Assembly: GCA_002633005.1 (NCBI GenBank)
Contig: NMRA01000654.1
Location: forward strand, 161,979 to 225,978
Source: Phoronis australis
Lineage: Eukaryota; Animalia; Phoronida
DNA: 64,000 bases
Reading direction: 5' to 3'
Positions 36,601-64,000 of this stretch are shown here, in pieces. The notes beneath the pieces were generated by a model that had not been told where the DNA came from, ran no database searches, and saw only the letters and a program-made list of their open reading frames with translations. Numbering within the stretch: position 1 is the first letter of the stretch; each line of letters starts with the position of its first letter. Position numbers and translations under genes: made by a program.

Positions 36601-39600
36601 GACAAAACCTGTTTTGTAAGATTGACAATGTTTTGCATCTGACAAAAATTTTCTACTTTTTAAGAATACGACATTTAAAGTTAAAACAGATACCAACAAA
36701 ATGGCTGGAAAATTAAATCAATAGAAAACAAGTTTGAAGTGGTTTAAAATCATAGCAAACACATAAACAGAATAACAGTATGGCCGAATACAAGCCTCAT
36801 CTTGCATTATTTAAGAGCTTGAATTACTTGTTTCAGTCAAACATGAATTCAAAACAAATCAAGGTTGGTCTTTGAAATAAATCCGTGTCCCAACACAATA
36901 AACAAGTTAGCAGTGAGCACATGTACGTTTAATTTCACATTTCTGTTGCAGGCAACCCTAACGTTGCTAGACCCGAGTTTGGCTAACAAGATAAACAGAT
37001 TACAGCATTATCAAATACAAGCCTTATCTTGCATTATTTCAGAGCTTGGACCATTTTTTCGTCACAAACATGAAATCCAAACAAATCAACACTGGTCTTT
37101 GAAATACATTATGTGTCCAAATACAGTTAATTTCACATTTCTGTTGTAGGCAACCCTAAACTTGCTAGACCCGAGTTTCGTCATCAAGACGGTTGAAATT
37201 AAATTGAAACACATTTTTGTACGTTATGCATCAATTTGAAAGCAAATCATGGACTTTGATGAGGGTATAAAAAATACCAAAACATGTCCCTTTAAAAAAT
37301 TAATGTACCCAACAGAGATAACAACAGGTCACAAACCAGAAGTACTATTTTTGGCCTTGCGACTTTTGGCGTTCCTCAAATTGCTGCATTTTTAAAACAA
37401 AATATAAGCGCAGGAGTTTGACATGACAAAAAACCTCTGGGGCCAGTCTGCATCCAGTCTACGGCTCGAAAATCGACACGCCACACGCAAACCCTCCGTG
37501 TGTTTCTTAGCGCTTTTATTTCCTACATAGACCATAGGAGCCCATACACCTTACATATGGTGCAGACCTTGACCTTGCATTAGGCGGTTCCACTTACAAC
37601 ACTTGCGGAGTGCCTTGTGCAGCACTCGTAATATCTCCGTCGCCTGCTTCTTCTGGTTAATGTTGCCCTCGGAGACCATGACACACATGTCCATGTCGCT
37701 TTTCTCATTGCCAAACCCGTTCATAGATGACCCGACCACATACAGGCCGCAGTCTGTCAACAGAAATTGAAAACAACTCCTGGTTACAGGTCTACTATAG
37801 TTCCTCTAGTACAGCAATGTTGCAATCACTTTTGAAATGCATTATGGGAAATGAAATAAAAAGCCTTCCAGCACTTGATAAGAGCAAGATTTTAAGAGGT
37901 CTTAAATGTAATAACTGATTTATTTATTGATCATTTATTATTGAAATATTTACAACTGTTTTCAATCTTGGCGAAGGATCAATGTTGCCTTAACACAGGA
38001 CTTTCAACTTGGTCTCAGGCTTGATACAGAAAGGTTTTTTAATCTACTGTCAAAAATGACCATTGAATGGGGTGCTGCCATCGACACCTATTGGCAGAAG
38101 TTGGAATATTTAGGATTCAAATCTTTTATATCGAAAAGACTACGCAAATTAACACTAAAGAAAAAATGCCGCCAACTTCCAAACAGTAGAGAGTGGTGCC
38201 CACAACCGACACTTACGTGGAAACAGTTCCTTTATCATGCTGAAGAGGGCATTGCGCAAGTTAAGTTTCTTTTTGTACACGTCCTCAGATTGACGAGAAT
38301 TAACAAAATTCCTCCAGATGGCAGCAGTAACCTGTAAAAGAAACAAATATCTGAAAACAACATGAAAAGTATCATCAACAATTTCATAATTTTAGAAATT
38401 TTATTGAACGTCGGCCATCAGACTGGGTCTGACTTATTTTCAGAATGTCTGGTTGCTTTTACTTTAGTCNCGCAGTCTGCCAACAGAAATTGAAAACAAC
38501 TCCTGGTTACAGGTCTACTATAGTTCCTCTAGTACAGCAATGTTGCAATCACTTTTGAAATGCATTATGGGAAATGAAATAAAAAGCCTTCCAGCATTTG
38601 ATAAGAACAAGATTTTAAGAGGTCTTAAATGTAACAACTGATTTATTTATTTATCATTTATTATTGAAATATTTACCACTGTTTTCAATCTTGGCGAAGG
38701 ATTAATGTTGCCTGAACACAGGACTCTCAACTTGGTCTAAGGCTTGATACAGAAAGGTTTTTAATCTACTGTCAAAAATGACTATTGAATGGGGTGCTGC
38801 CATCGCCACCTATTGGCAGAAGTTGGAATATTTAGTCGTAGTATTACATACTACGACCGATAGGATTCAAATCTTTTACATCGAAAAGACTATGCAAATT
38901 AACATTAAAGAAAAAATGCCGCCAATGGTATTCAGAACCAATTTCCAAACAGTAGAGAGTGGTGCCCACAACAGACACTTACGTGGAAATAGTTCCTTTA
39001 TCATGCTGAAGAGGGCATTGCGCAAGTTAAGTTTCTTTTTGTACACATCCTCAGATTGACGAGAATTAACAAAATTCCTCCAGATGGCAGCAGTAACCTG
39101 TAGAAGAAACAAATATCTGAAAACAACATGAAAAGTATCATCAACAATTGCATAATTTCAGAAATTTTATTGAACGTCGGCCATCAGACTGGGTCTGACT
39201 TATTTTCAGAATGTCTGGTTACTTTTACTTTGGTCCAGACATTTGCCTGACTCTTTTCTGGAAATAGTGTAGACAAAATTCACTCCCTTTGCTGATCATG
39301 TTTGTCAGGAACGATTCAAGACAAAGAGCTGCTCCGCACGCAAAATTTTTGTTTTCCACATCGGTGATCAATTTGGGCCAAAGTTTGGTGGCTATACTCC
39401 AAAGGCGAACTTTGTTTAGCTCATTTTCAAAATGTCCTGACAGATTTTGACACTGCAGGCAAATATACAGGACATAAATAAACCACCACAATAATTCCAC
39501 AATTACTGACTTTCCATAAAGTCAATATGCTGGTCATCATTTTAGAAAATGTGAAGACCGACTTGACAACAAAAACTGAATGATGTGCTTGTGGCCCACT

Positions 39601-42600
39601 GATTAAGTAGTGGCTTGTGAACAGAAAAAGCGCGGAATCAATCAAGATAAAATCTCCAATACTTCACAATATTTTGGAATTAAAACAGTATTACTACAAG
39701 AGCCGTCAATGCGAACAATAATTGACTTGGACATGTCGGCCGCTGATGAATTTAAAATTTTATAATCTGTCCAAATAACTGTTACCAATGGTGTGGTTAT
39801 AAAAGAAGTTATGATAATTTACATGCAGTTATGTATCGATTAGTGTTGATTACTCATTCAAATAACAAAATGTGCCAACAGGTGGCGTGATAACCAGACT
39901 AATAGAAATCTTAAGACATTTTTGGAGACTGATAAAGCAAGCAGAGGACAGTTATTAATAATCACAAATTCACTAGTGACCGTGATAATAAGAAACCACT
40001 AAAGTGAAACCTGATTCAACCACTACACATAATGGTAACACACTTGTATTCAGCTTTGAAATGACTGCAGGCAACTTGGCCAATTGTACATTTTGGCAAA
40101 CATGCCCATTCGGAATGCCATCGACAACACAAATTTGAAATAAAACAAATTCGATTATACCTTCTTACACTCTGAACTGTCAGCTGGTGGCACAGGACTG
40201 TCAAAAGATGGCGCCACAAGAGGAGATGAAGTCCCTTGCTTCCGATTATGAGACTCAGACGTCTTTCTTTGCGGCAATGTCGCCATGTTACAATTTGACG
40301 TAGACGAAGTCAAGGAGCTCTGACTCAACCCCGGCTGCGGGGAAGATCGAGCTTGAACAGCGTTTGAGCCTTGTATGCCTGTATGGTATTTAGCACTATT
40401 GTTGACTTTATCAGGGCCACCATGAATGAATCGGTAACTTTGACTATCAACCGGGGAGGAACGATGAATATTTGAATCAAGTGCTGGATACTTGGAAGCG
40501 CACGATTGGACATCCTCGTCCGATTTCCGCCGTTTGCTGGAAGATGGGTGGCAACGGTTTTTGTCGTCATGTCGACGTCTAAAAAAAACAAAAACTGGAA
40601 TTAACATTTGCAATTTCAAAATTTAGTTAATTTTTAGTTACATAATAACTGCAATGAAAATGTAATCTAATGAGTAACTTCAGTCACTTTTTTTAAGTTC
40701 CAACTCAAAAGAAAAAATGCATTTCACTTAATTTGAGTTGCTAACAATGTTCTTACTGATAACTAAGTATAAATAAATAACACCAAAAATGAAAGTAAAA
40801 ACTATTATTTTAAGAATTATAGTAAAAACTTTGGTTGTCTGCTACATTTTATTTTTGAGGTATGTATACCTTAATTTTTCATGCACATATAACTTGTATA
40901 CAGAACTAGATGAGATAATACGGTGACATTTACTCTCGAGTTCCGAATAGCCGTATCTATACGATTATTTTTTTTCACACTCGTTTTCCGGTCTATACGA
41001 CGCTTATTGGGGTCTATACGTTTATTAATTTTCCAACATTTTTCCACTCTCCACGACTATTCGATTCAGCAAGTTCACAATTTTTGTTTCATTAAATACA
41101 AATTTGTTACACATGAACTTTGATGCTGACCCCGGGTATCGTACCTTGGTCATAAGATGAAGTAAATTCGCTCTAAACCTCTAGACCACGAGACACTCAG
41201 TTTAGAACTTGCAATTTAGAAGAGCTATATACGACTCCGCGTTACACACGGAAGTCACATGTCATACACATTACAAGATTTTATTCGCTAAAATATGACA
41301 ACTGTACGTTTAAAGGCACAAAATAATCAGACTCCCAAGCAAGGGTTTACGCAGCGGCCATCTCTTGGACGGCCAAAATGTTATTTTCGACGGAAGGTGT
41401 TGGGATCGGTAAGATGTAAGAAAGTGTTGGCAAAATTTAAAAAGCTTGAAATGATGATCACTTCTCTTAATAGTAACGGCTGGTCAGCAGTCTCTCAAAG
41501 AAATAGGCTATCAGAAATTTCAGAAATGAGGAATTTAATGCACAAAAAGTGCACTTTACAATATTACACGCGCCCCATGACACAGATCGGTCTTGCCAGC
41601 AGCTCAACATACATGAATAAAAACGCTTTCGACGAGTTTCTTTGGGTGATCCAATATTTATGATTGCACTCAGTGAAAAACTGGCAAGCCGTAACAACTC
41701 TTCACTGTGTCTTTCCCCGAAGTTTGCGTTTCCAAGGGGAGTAATTCCGGGAATTTGCATGGCCAGTGTCATCTGCGGTTTCCGTCATTATTGACATGCA
41801 AATTCTACATACTTAATCATGTCGTCTGCCGCGCAAAGGCCTAAAAGAATTCGAGGATTATTTTACAAACCGAGAGATGTTCCAGATACAGACACTGATT
41901 CAGAGATTCAGATGCTGGTACGACAAATATTCCAGCTACAGATACGGACCGTGGTGATAACGCGGCCATTCAACGAAGCGCAAATACAAGTGCAATCAAC
42001 AAAGTACCAACAAGTTGCCGACATCAATGATGTCCGGCGATGTTGTCGGCATTTTTTCAATTCGCCCCAAACTTGAGAATAGATTGTTTTTATGAACAGG
42101 AAGAATGGACTTGTGACAATCTTAAAAACGACATAATTGCTAACGTTCGACAATCCAGTTGATATCTATTGAAATTGATTTCTACTTGCTCTCTCGTCCA
42201 AATAAATGGAAAAACACACGTGAATCAGTTTATTTATTACACCTAATTAGATATTCAAGATGGTGGACGTATTCGTGGTCGTGGACTCGAATGTTGGGCA
42301 ATTCTGCAAGAAATCTCAATTTCTGGCCGTGTAAAATTTTGGATGTACCGACTTTTTGACATCGAATTCTGACTAACATTACGCGAGTATTGACTATGAA
42401 CATTGTGTAAGACATGAGATTGAGAGAAAACAAAGGCTCGACTGTCAGGAACATGTACGATAAAAATGCGACTCGTTTTACCAAGACACTTTATTATCTT
42501 CATTCAGACTGTCGGCTTCAAGGAAGGCTGGATGTTGCTGAAATCTTTACCTCCTTGTTATAGTTTTTGGACTTAGTCAACATTGGCATCTCTAGTATGA

Positions 42601-44059
42601 ATGTCACATTATTTTTTGAGTAAAATGATTCCGCATACTGTTTGAATCACATCTATATAGACTTCCATTTAAAGTTATTGAATAATAGAATGGTCTTTGT
42701 TTTAGGAATGACACTTTTATTCCACTTCACTGTACTATGTTATGGCATGGGTGGACATACCACTGCAATATGCTAACGTTCAGTTTAAAAGTTTTTCTTT
42801 GAAACAATTACTTAAAGCGGTGGTATGTCAGACAGAATTTGCTTCTTTGCACTATTATTCCCATCTATATCATTATTAGATTTTGCACTTCCTATTATTT
42901 CCATCTTCTGTTACTAGATTTTATGCAAATTTGTAATCAATGTTATTATTCCAGTATATACTATTCTTAATTTTCCACAAATTTCCCTTCTACACCATTA
43001 TTCCCAAGAATTTGCTGTTTTGCATTATTATTCCCTTCTATATCATTATTAGATTTTACCTAAATTTGTAATCAATTTTATTATTCCAGTCTACACTATG
43101 TTTAAATTTCCACAAATTTGCCGTCTATACCATTATTCCATTCTATACTATAATTATTAATTTTTCCCAACAATTTCCGGTCTATACTATTATTCTACTT
43201 TTCTAGTGGCAAAAATGTTGGGTCTATACTATTATTAGAGTATCTACTATTATTAAAAATTGTGAAATTTTCTAGTCTATACTATTATTGCTGTCTCTAC
43301 TACTATTCGGAACTCGAGAGTACAATCTTACTTCATTCCTTTCATGTTCTGGTTTGAGTTAAATGGATCTCCAGACGTAGAAAACCTCCTCTCTGGTGTT
43401 GACAACAGTAATGGTGATGTGATTTGTTGAGACATCAGCCCACTGGGCAAAGGTCTTTGTGGATCATTGGCTTGAAAAATCGGAGAATTCTTCACATAAC
43501 TTGCATGCACCCGATGTGAAGTGTAACTAGTTTCATTTGAGCACTTGCTACAATCTTTAACAAACGACGAAAGGCTGTAAGGCTCGTGACGCTTCTGTGA
43601 GAACTCAGCACTACTGATCCTCCTCATTTCTGATTGGTAGGGTTTAGTTGACGAGTTGCTGTGCAACAGCGGTGACTGCTGGGCAAAACTTAGAGGCGAT
43701 TGAGCGGCTGGTGTGTTTGGCAAGTTCACATACGTTGGATGGTTCTGTGGAATTCTGGATGATTGTACATAAGCGCTGTAGCGTATCTGCGGTGAGGCAT
43801 TATGGTTTAAGTGGCACGATGCTGGAGTGAACAGACGATTACCATGTCTTGGAATGATGACTGGTTGAATAAACTGAGGGCGCTCACAGTCCAACTTGTT
43901 CATATAACTCAATGCGTTTGGTGACTGTACTTGAGTATACGTTGAAGGAGACGAGACATCAAAAACGTTGGCAAATACCCCGAGTTGGAAAAGTCTATCG
44001 TTGAACTGGCTCATTGCACATTGTAGGCTATAGACACCATGAGCGTGCAGTTTTCTCAT
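30534..44059 (-). CDS. TENT2: GLD-2/TENT2 (PAPD4)-type cytoplasmic poly(A) polymerase, 11 coding exons, 710 aa
   Basis: Exons 44059-43332, 40578-40161, 39097-38983 (duplicate 38331-38217), 37753-37598, 36387-36321, 35575-35499, 34167-34039, 33403-33357, 32391-32258, 31497-31376, 30673-30534; total 2133 nt, phase-consistent. Pol-beta NTase motif GSSMNGFGNEKSDMDMC, AKVPILKF, third Asp in ECDINI, GIRNTHLL, SSYSLVLMVIHYLQ. The nucleotide-recognition loop IEEPFDQSNTARSV lacks the His typical of Cid1/TUT uridyltransferases, so it is GLD-2-like. Confidence 0.9.
31376..31497 (-). CDS. TENT2: TENT2 exon (PAP-associated domain)
   Basis: FETQAISIRLGKKV...WKYLCIE. Confidence 0.92.
32258..32391 (-). CDS. 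TENT2: TENT2 exon (PAP-associated domain)
   Basis: AKFSPTSDVRTL...NKQSLGELFLGFLKYYAEDF. Confidence 0.92.
32848..33037. repeat. 31-bp minisatellite (6 copies)
   Basis: accaggacctagtgtgcagcaataatgatcc unit. Confidence 0.95.
33357..33403 (-). CDS. TENT2: TENT2 exon
   Basis: ttgcag|FGCEQPVLPSLQIKFP|gtgagt. Confidence 0.9.
33903..34064 (-). repeat. Perfect 53-bp triplication spanning a TENT2 splice donor
   Basis: aggttacttctctgtattgaaatagcttacactgtagatagtgaatgaccatg x3 (+ strand). Confidence 0.95.
34039..34167 (-). CDS. TENT2: TENT2 exon
   Basis: ADWRVRPLVLYVKCWAKFHNINDASRCTISSYSLVLMVIHYLQ; donor is triplicated. Confidence 0.94.
35258..35488. repeat. 33-bp minisatellite (~7 copies) starting ~10 nt inside a TENT2 intron
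   Basis: ggtgtcactgacataaagtccaaacggccacaa unit; explains the repetitive ORFs at 35231-35631. Confidence 0.95.
35499..35575 (-). CDS. TENT2: TENT2 exon (third catalytic Asp)
   Basis: GIECDININNLVGIRNTHLLAFYAK. Confidence 0.94.
36321..36387 (-). CDS. TENT2: TENT2 exon
   Basis: cctgcag|SFIKHCQLIKAKVPILKFMDNVS|gtatgg (not in the ORF track). Confidence 0.93.
36762..37178. repeat. Diverged ~200-230 bp tandem duplication
   Basis: Blocks aatacaagcct..atcttgcattatt..agagcttg and taatttcacatttctgttg.aggcaacccta..ttgctagacccgagttt each occur twice in the same order. Confidence 0.8.
37598..37753 (-). CDS. TENT2: TENT2 exon (catalytic GS..DxD)
   Basis: HCGLYVVGSSMNGFGNEKSDMDMCVMV...ALRKC. Confidence 0.95.
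38217..38331 (-). CDS. TENT2: TENT2 exon (copy A, same peptide; one of the two copies is probably an assembly duplicate)
   Basis: Same translation as 38983-39097; lies within the N-joined duplication. Confidence 0.6.
38983..39097 (-). CDS. TENT2: TENT2 exon (copy B)
   Basis: VTAAIWRNFVNSRQSEDVYKKKLNLRNALFSMIKELFP. Confidence 0.85.
40161..40578 (-). CDS. TENT2: TENT2 exon (low complexity, KRRK NLS-like)
   Basis: ttttag|...SSECKK|gtataa; open 418 nt, phases match the neighbouring exons. Confidence 0.82.
40933..43320. mobile_element. 2.4-kb TA-flanked DNA transposon (Tc1/mariner-like target site), non-autonomous or decayed
   Basis: Perfect 18-bp TIRs CTCTCGAGTTCCGAATAG (40933-40950 / 43303-43320), TA on both sides, subterminal tandem repeats (tattattcc..tctatac) at ~42850-43300; no recognisable intact transposase. 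Confidence 0.88.
41124..41195 (-). other. tRNA-like / Pol III box A-box B sequence inside the transposon
   Basis: Minus strand TGGTCTAGAGG (box A-like) ... GGTACGATACC (box B-like) with tRNA-like spacing; no convincing cloverleaf. Confidence 0.45.
43332..44059 (-). CDS. TENT2: TENT2 first coding exon (S/P/Q-rich N-terminus)
   Basis: 243-aa ORF; acceptor ttttcag 5 nt before the ATG (exon starts 44064); donor gaa|gtaaga, phase 2, joins the next exon as MK|RRHDD. Confidence 0.8.
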
Positions 44060-44105
44060 TCAGTCTGAAAATATAAAACATTTTATGAACCACTGCACGG
44101 TTCAC

Positions 44106-45129
44106 TAGGGTCCGATTTGGCGAGTACCAGCTTGCATTTTGCGGGTTGAAATTGCCGTTGGTGACCAGAGCTCGAGGCTTACTCGCCAAATGCAACTTCA
44201 GTTTTTCATTGCTCTACTCGCCAAACGTGAACTCAGTTTAAGACAATGCCGTTCTCACACTTGCAAAATTAATCAAGTAACACTCAGTAACAGAACAGCA
44301 ACAAAAAAACAATTCGCAAAAAGTGCTCAGTGCCAGTCAACTTTGTCACTATTTGCCGTTGATTCGTTGCGAAAACATAAACCATCACTATTTAGTACTA
44401 ATTAACAAAGTCTAAGGGTTCTTCAGTATACGGCAATATAAAGACAAATTTGTCTGCAAACAAAAACTAATATGTTATTTTCCAGCAACGTAGGAAGGTA
44501 AATGCAAATTACTGGTGACACATATCCGATTTGCCCATCGGCTCGCCACCATTTTTGCCCCGCCGCTAGCAGTCACCAATGTTTCCCAATAGCCTCTACT
44601 TTTCCCCGTGTAGTCATTATTGTCTCCCCCTCCTCCAGTCGCCACAATTTGCTCTGGCCACAACTATTCCCTCAGCCATCTTAAATATTCTCTCAGGGCG
44701 CCCTATTAGCCACAGGATTTGGTACAATCCTACGCCTTAAACGGGATGCCACACATCCTTTCATCGCCATTGTCATGAAAAGAAGACGAGGAAACCACAG
44801 ACGCTCAAATCTCACTTTGTCAAAGTTCATGACCTCTAGACAGTCCCTCAACTGTGTAGGAGGCGCTGCCCAAGCATATTTTTCAAATGCCTTTGGATTA
44901 ACAAAATCGACAGATGGCGACAAAAGTTGACCGGCGGTAAATGCTTTTCACGGGTTGTTTTTCTATTGTTATTGAGTGTTAGTTGACCCGTTCTGCAAGT
45001 GTGGGAAACTCATTGTCGTAAACTGAGGTCACGTTTGGCAAGTTGAGCAACAAAAAACTGAAGTCACATTTGGCGAGTAAGATACGAGCTCAGGTCGCCT
45101 ACTGCTGGCACTCGCCAAATCAGACCCTG
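44106..45129. mobile_element. ~1-kb element with ~140-160 bp imperfect terminal inverted repeats
   Basis: tagggtccgatttggcgagtaccagc...cttactcgccaaatgcaacttcagttttt...cacacttgca matches the reverse complement of 44994-45129; TSD not evident. Confidence 0.82.
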
Positions 45130-45959
45130 AATATTATTGAATATGACTACACCAATTCACTACACTTTGGTGGCGCTGCAAAAATGATTGCTCTTCATTG
45201 TTGCTTAGGACACAAGGCCTCAGGGGCCTGAGCTCAATACTTCTGGTTGGTGAGAAGTCTGGTTATCGAATCCCGCTCCACACCCCATCACGTGTATTGG
45301 CCGCAGGGCCCATGAATACTCATGTTGCGCTCTAATTCAGGTCATCACTGGCATATGGGCCAGGGAAAGCCAACGTTGGCAGTCTCCAAGACGAACAACA
45401 GTCGTCCTTTGATGCCGACATGGGGCATGTGCAGCAGAAGGCAAGCACAGCAGTGAGACAGGTCAAATAACCATCATCTCACTACATCGACATCGTTTTC
45501 AACTCAACTCGAGCATGAATTCGTGCAAGTAGTGAATGGAAGAATGTGGATCTCAAAATCAGGGAAAATCAAAAGAGGCTACTTATTATTGCCCATCTTT
45601 GGTTTCTGAGTGAGTGTGAAGCTAAAATTGGCATAAACCTCTCTCTGCCTCAGGACGCTTTCTATGTCTCTGTCTCTGCCTCTGCTCTGACTACTTTCTC
45701 TTTAGACTTTTTAGTTTATAACTCGTCTGTCCGGGGTTTTCCACACAACCAAGCACCAAGTTAACGACAAGTCGCCAGTCGCATCCGCTGTCAGTGTTTC
45801 CCGAAGTATTCTGTGTTATCACGAAAAAAACATTTGTCAACTAAATTGCAGTTAAGCTAAGTATCGCCGTATAAATTACCTAGTAAAAACTACACGACCT
45901 AACTAAAGCCACAACTTTGAAAACACCACTTGAAGACCGCGAGTTTATCACATATACAT

Positions 45960-46212
45960 ACCTGACATCTGGCGGAAAATTATTGGGAATTTTGTGTAAG
46001 ACGTCATCGAAAGAAGACAATGACGTAGAAAATTGTCTAACTATGAACTTTGACGTAGTCCTCAATGGACAAAACTTGTGCGTGTCTCTGTGCGTTTTGA
46101 ACGTGCAAGTTGTAACATATTTCTCGCGTCGAACGTGCTAAACTTTTTCAAATTTGTTGTTTTTGTGTTGTTTGGAGTCTTGTAAATGCGTTGTTGTTAG
46201 TTTTGTTTGAAC
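45960..46212. promoter_or_regulatory. Putative bidirectional promoter and 5'UTRs between TENT2 and UPF1
   Basis: The TENT2 ATG exon has an upstream acceptor, so a non-coding first exon is needed. Minus-strand donors CAG|GTATGT (45961) and TAG|GTAATT (45879) lie ~250-330 bp from the UPF1 ATG (46213). Three CRE-like motifs: AGACGTCA 45999-46006, TGACGTAG 46021-46028 and 46051-46058. Confidence 0.55.
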
Positions 46213-63067
<16,855 letters not shown>

Positions 63068-64000
63068 GTAAGTTGCTTGTCAAATCTGTCGTGAAGAAAA
63101 GTATACGCATCCTTTAATTTTCTTCTGCGTCGCGCTGTAACTTAAAAACCCGTGCACGAATGTTTGGAAATTATACGGACGTGCTGTTAAGAATGGGACG
63201 GCATGGTTGACTTTCCGGATGGTTTCAAATACCGGTGTGTTGGATAGTCGTGAAATTTTGCGAATAAGTTAACGTAACGTGGACAACAGCTCCTTTACGG
63301 ATCGTCCGTTTCCGTGTGACGTTCTCACGTACGCTACTGCATATTGTATATTAAACTTTTGCAACGTATTTGGCGGGTTTAACATTTTTGAACGAACAAA
63401 CTGAAGTACTTGGGTTATCGCGTCAACGGCAAAGGTCATGTGGATAGGCACAGGTGTCTTGCCAATCGTATCCATCGCATCTCTCGTTTAATGTATTCAA
63501 AATACGTCTTAACTCATTGAGTTTGACCTTTTCGAACTAAGAATCAGTTCTCTATGTCACAACGATGACAGCATCGCGGTACAGTGATCTATATTGAGGC
63601 TCCAATGAACAGAGCTTACATATGACAAAGGTATCATCGAATGAGCATTTTCAGATACTAGGATTTATCCAGTGTTCTCTAAAACGCAGTAAGGAATTGT
63701 TTTTTCAAATCTTGTGCGTTTCGCATAAGGTGATAGTAAAACTAGACTTGTTAATGTTTAGTAGATTTCGTAGATTAATTCTTAGTTACACAACCAAGCA
63801 AAACGTTGTACCTTGACAGTTTCGGTTACTCAAAGCAGCCATCTTCGGAAGCTATAGCTATTGGACAATAGATGGCGTGGTGATGTGACTGTTCATAACT
63901 GAGCCACTTTTTGTGACCCAGATAGACTCTGTTATCCGTCTGGATCTTGAGTTATTTTCTGACTCAACCGGACTGGCGTCTTTCCAGTTAATTACATGAT

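Larger units (their letters stand above)
37748..39235. repeat. N-joined near-identical duplication (37748-38469 vs 38471-39235), probable haplotype overlap
   Basis: Single N at 38470; the copies differ by SNPs and small indels. Confidence 0.85.

Noticed and set aside
30534-37753. Assignment as a terminal uridylyltransferase (TUT4/7, Cid1) or mitochondrial PAP
   Set aside because: No zinc knuckles or second NTase module, and the EEPFDQSNTARSV loop lacks the uridine-selecting His; it matches the GLD-2/TENT2 pattern.
38217-39097. Mutually exclusive exon pair in TENT2 (likewise UPF1 48635/50549)
   Set aside because: Identical peptides, duplicated intron flanks and single-N joins point to uncollapsed haplotypes rather than evolved alternative exons.
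41295-42503. Short ORFs inside the TA-flanked element as an intact transposase
   Set aside because: Fragmented, with no DDE/D or HTH motif recognisable by eye.

Overview
Intron-rich animal genomic DNA, probably from an invertebrate bilaterian (inference). It is not prokaryotic, so most entries in the ORF track are spurious or exon fragments. I reconstructed three spliced genes by hand, all with GT-AG boundaries and consistent codon phases. (1) Groucho/TLE co-repressor on +, 14 exons at 213-23471, with its 5' end outside the window. (2) A complete GLD-2/TENT2-type non-canonical poly(A) polymerase on -, 11 coding exons at 44059-30534, 710 aa. (3) The NMD helicase UPF1 on +, 18 exons at 46213-63067, with its 3' end outside the window. 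TENT2 and UPF1 are head-to-head; TLE and TENT2 are tail-to-tail. Introns carry several TIR-bounded DNA transposons/MITEs, tRNA-like (Pol III box A/B) sequences and many minisatellites. Two exon-containing duplications are each joined by a single N and are most likely haplotype-overlap assembly artefacts. The most unusual signal is that all three genes contain short tandem duplications spanning an exon-intron junction, which create competing splice sites. In TLE and TENT2 the extra sites would give premature stops. In UPF1, two old, diverged acceptor copies are still in frame and stop-free. Whether this is regulatory or just a by-product of a duplication-prone genome cannot be decided from the sequence alone.
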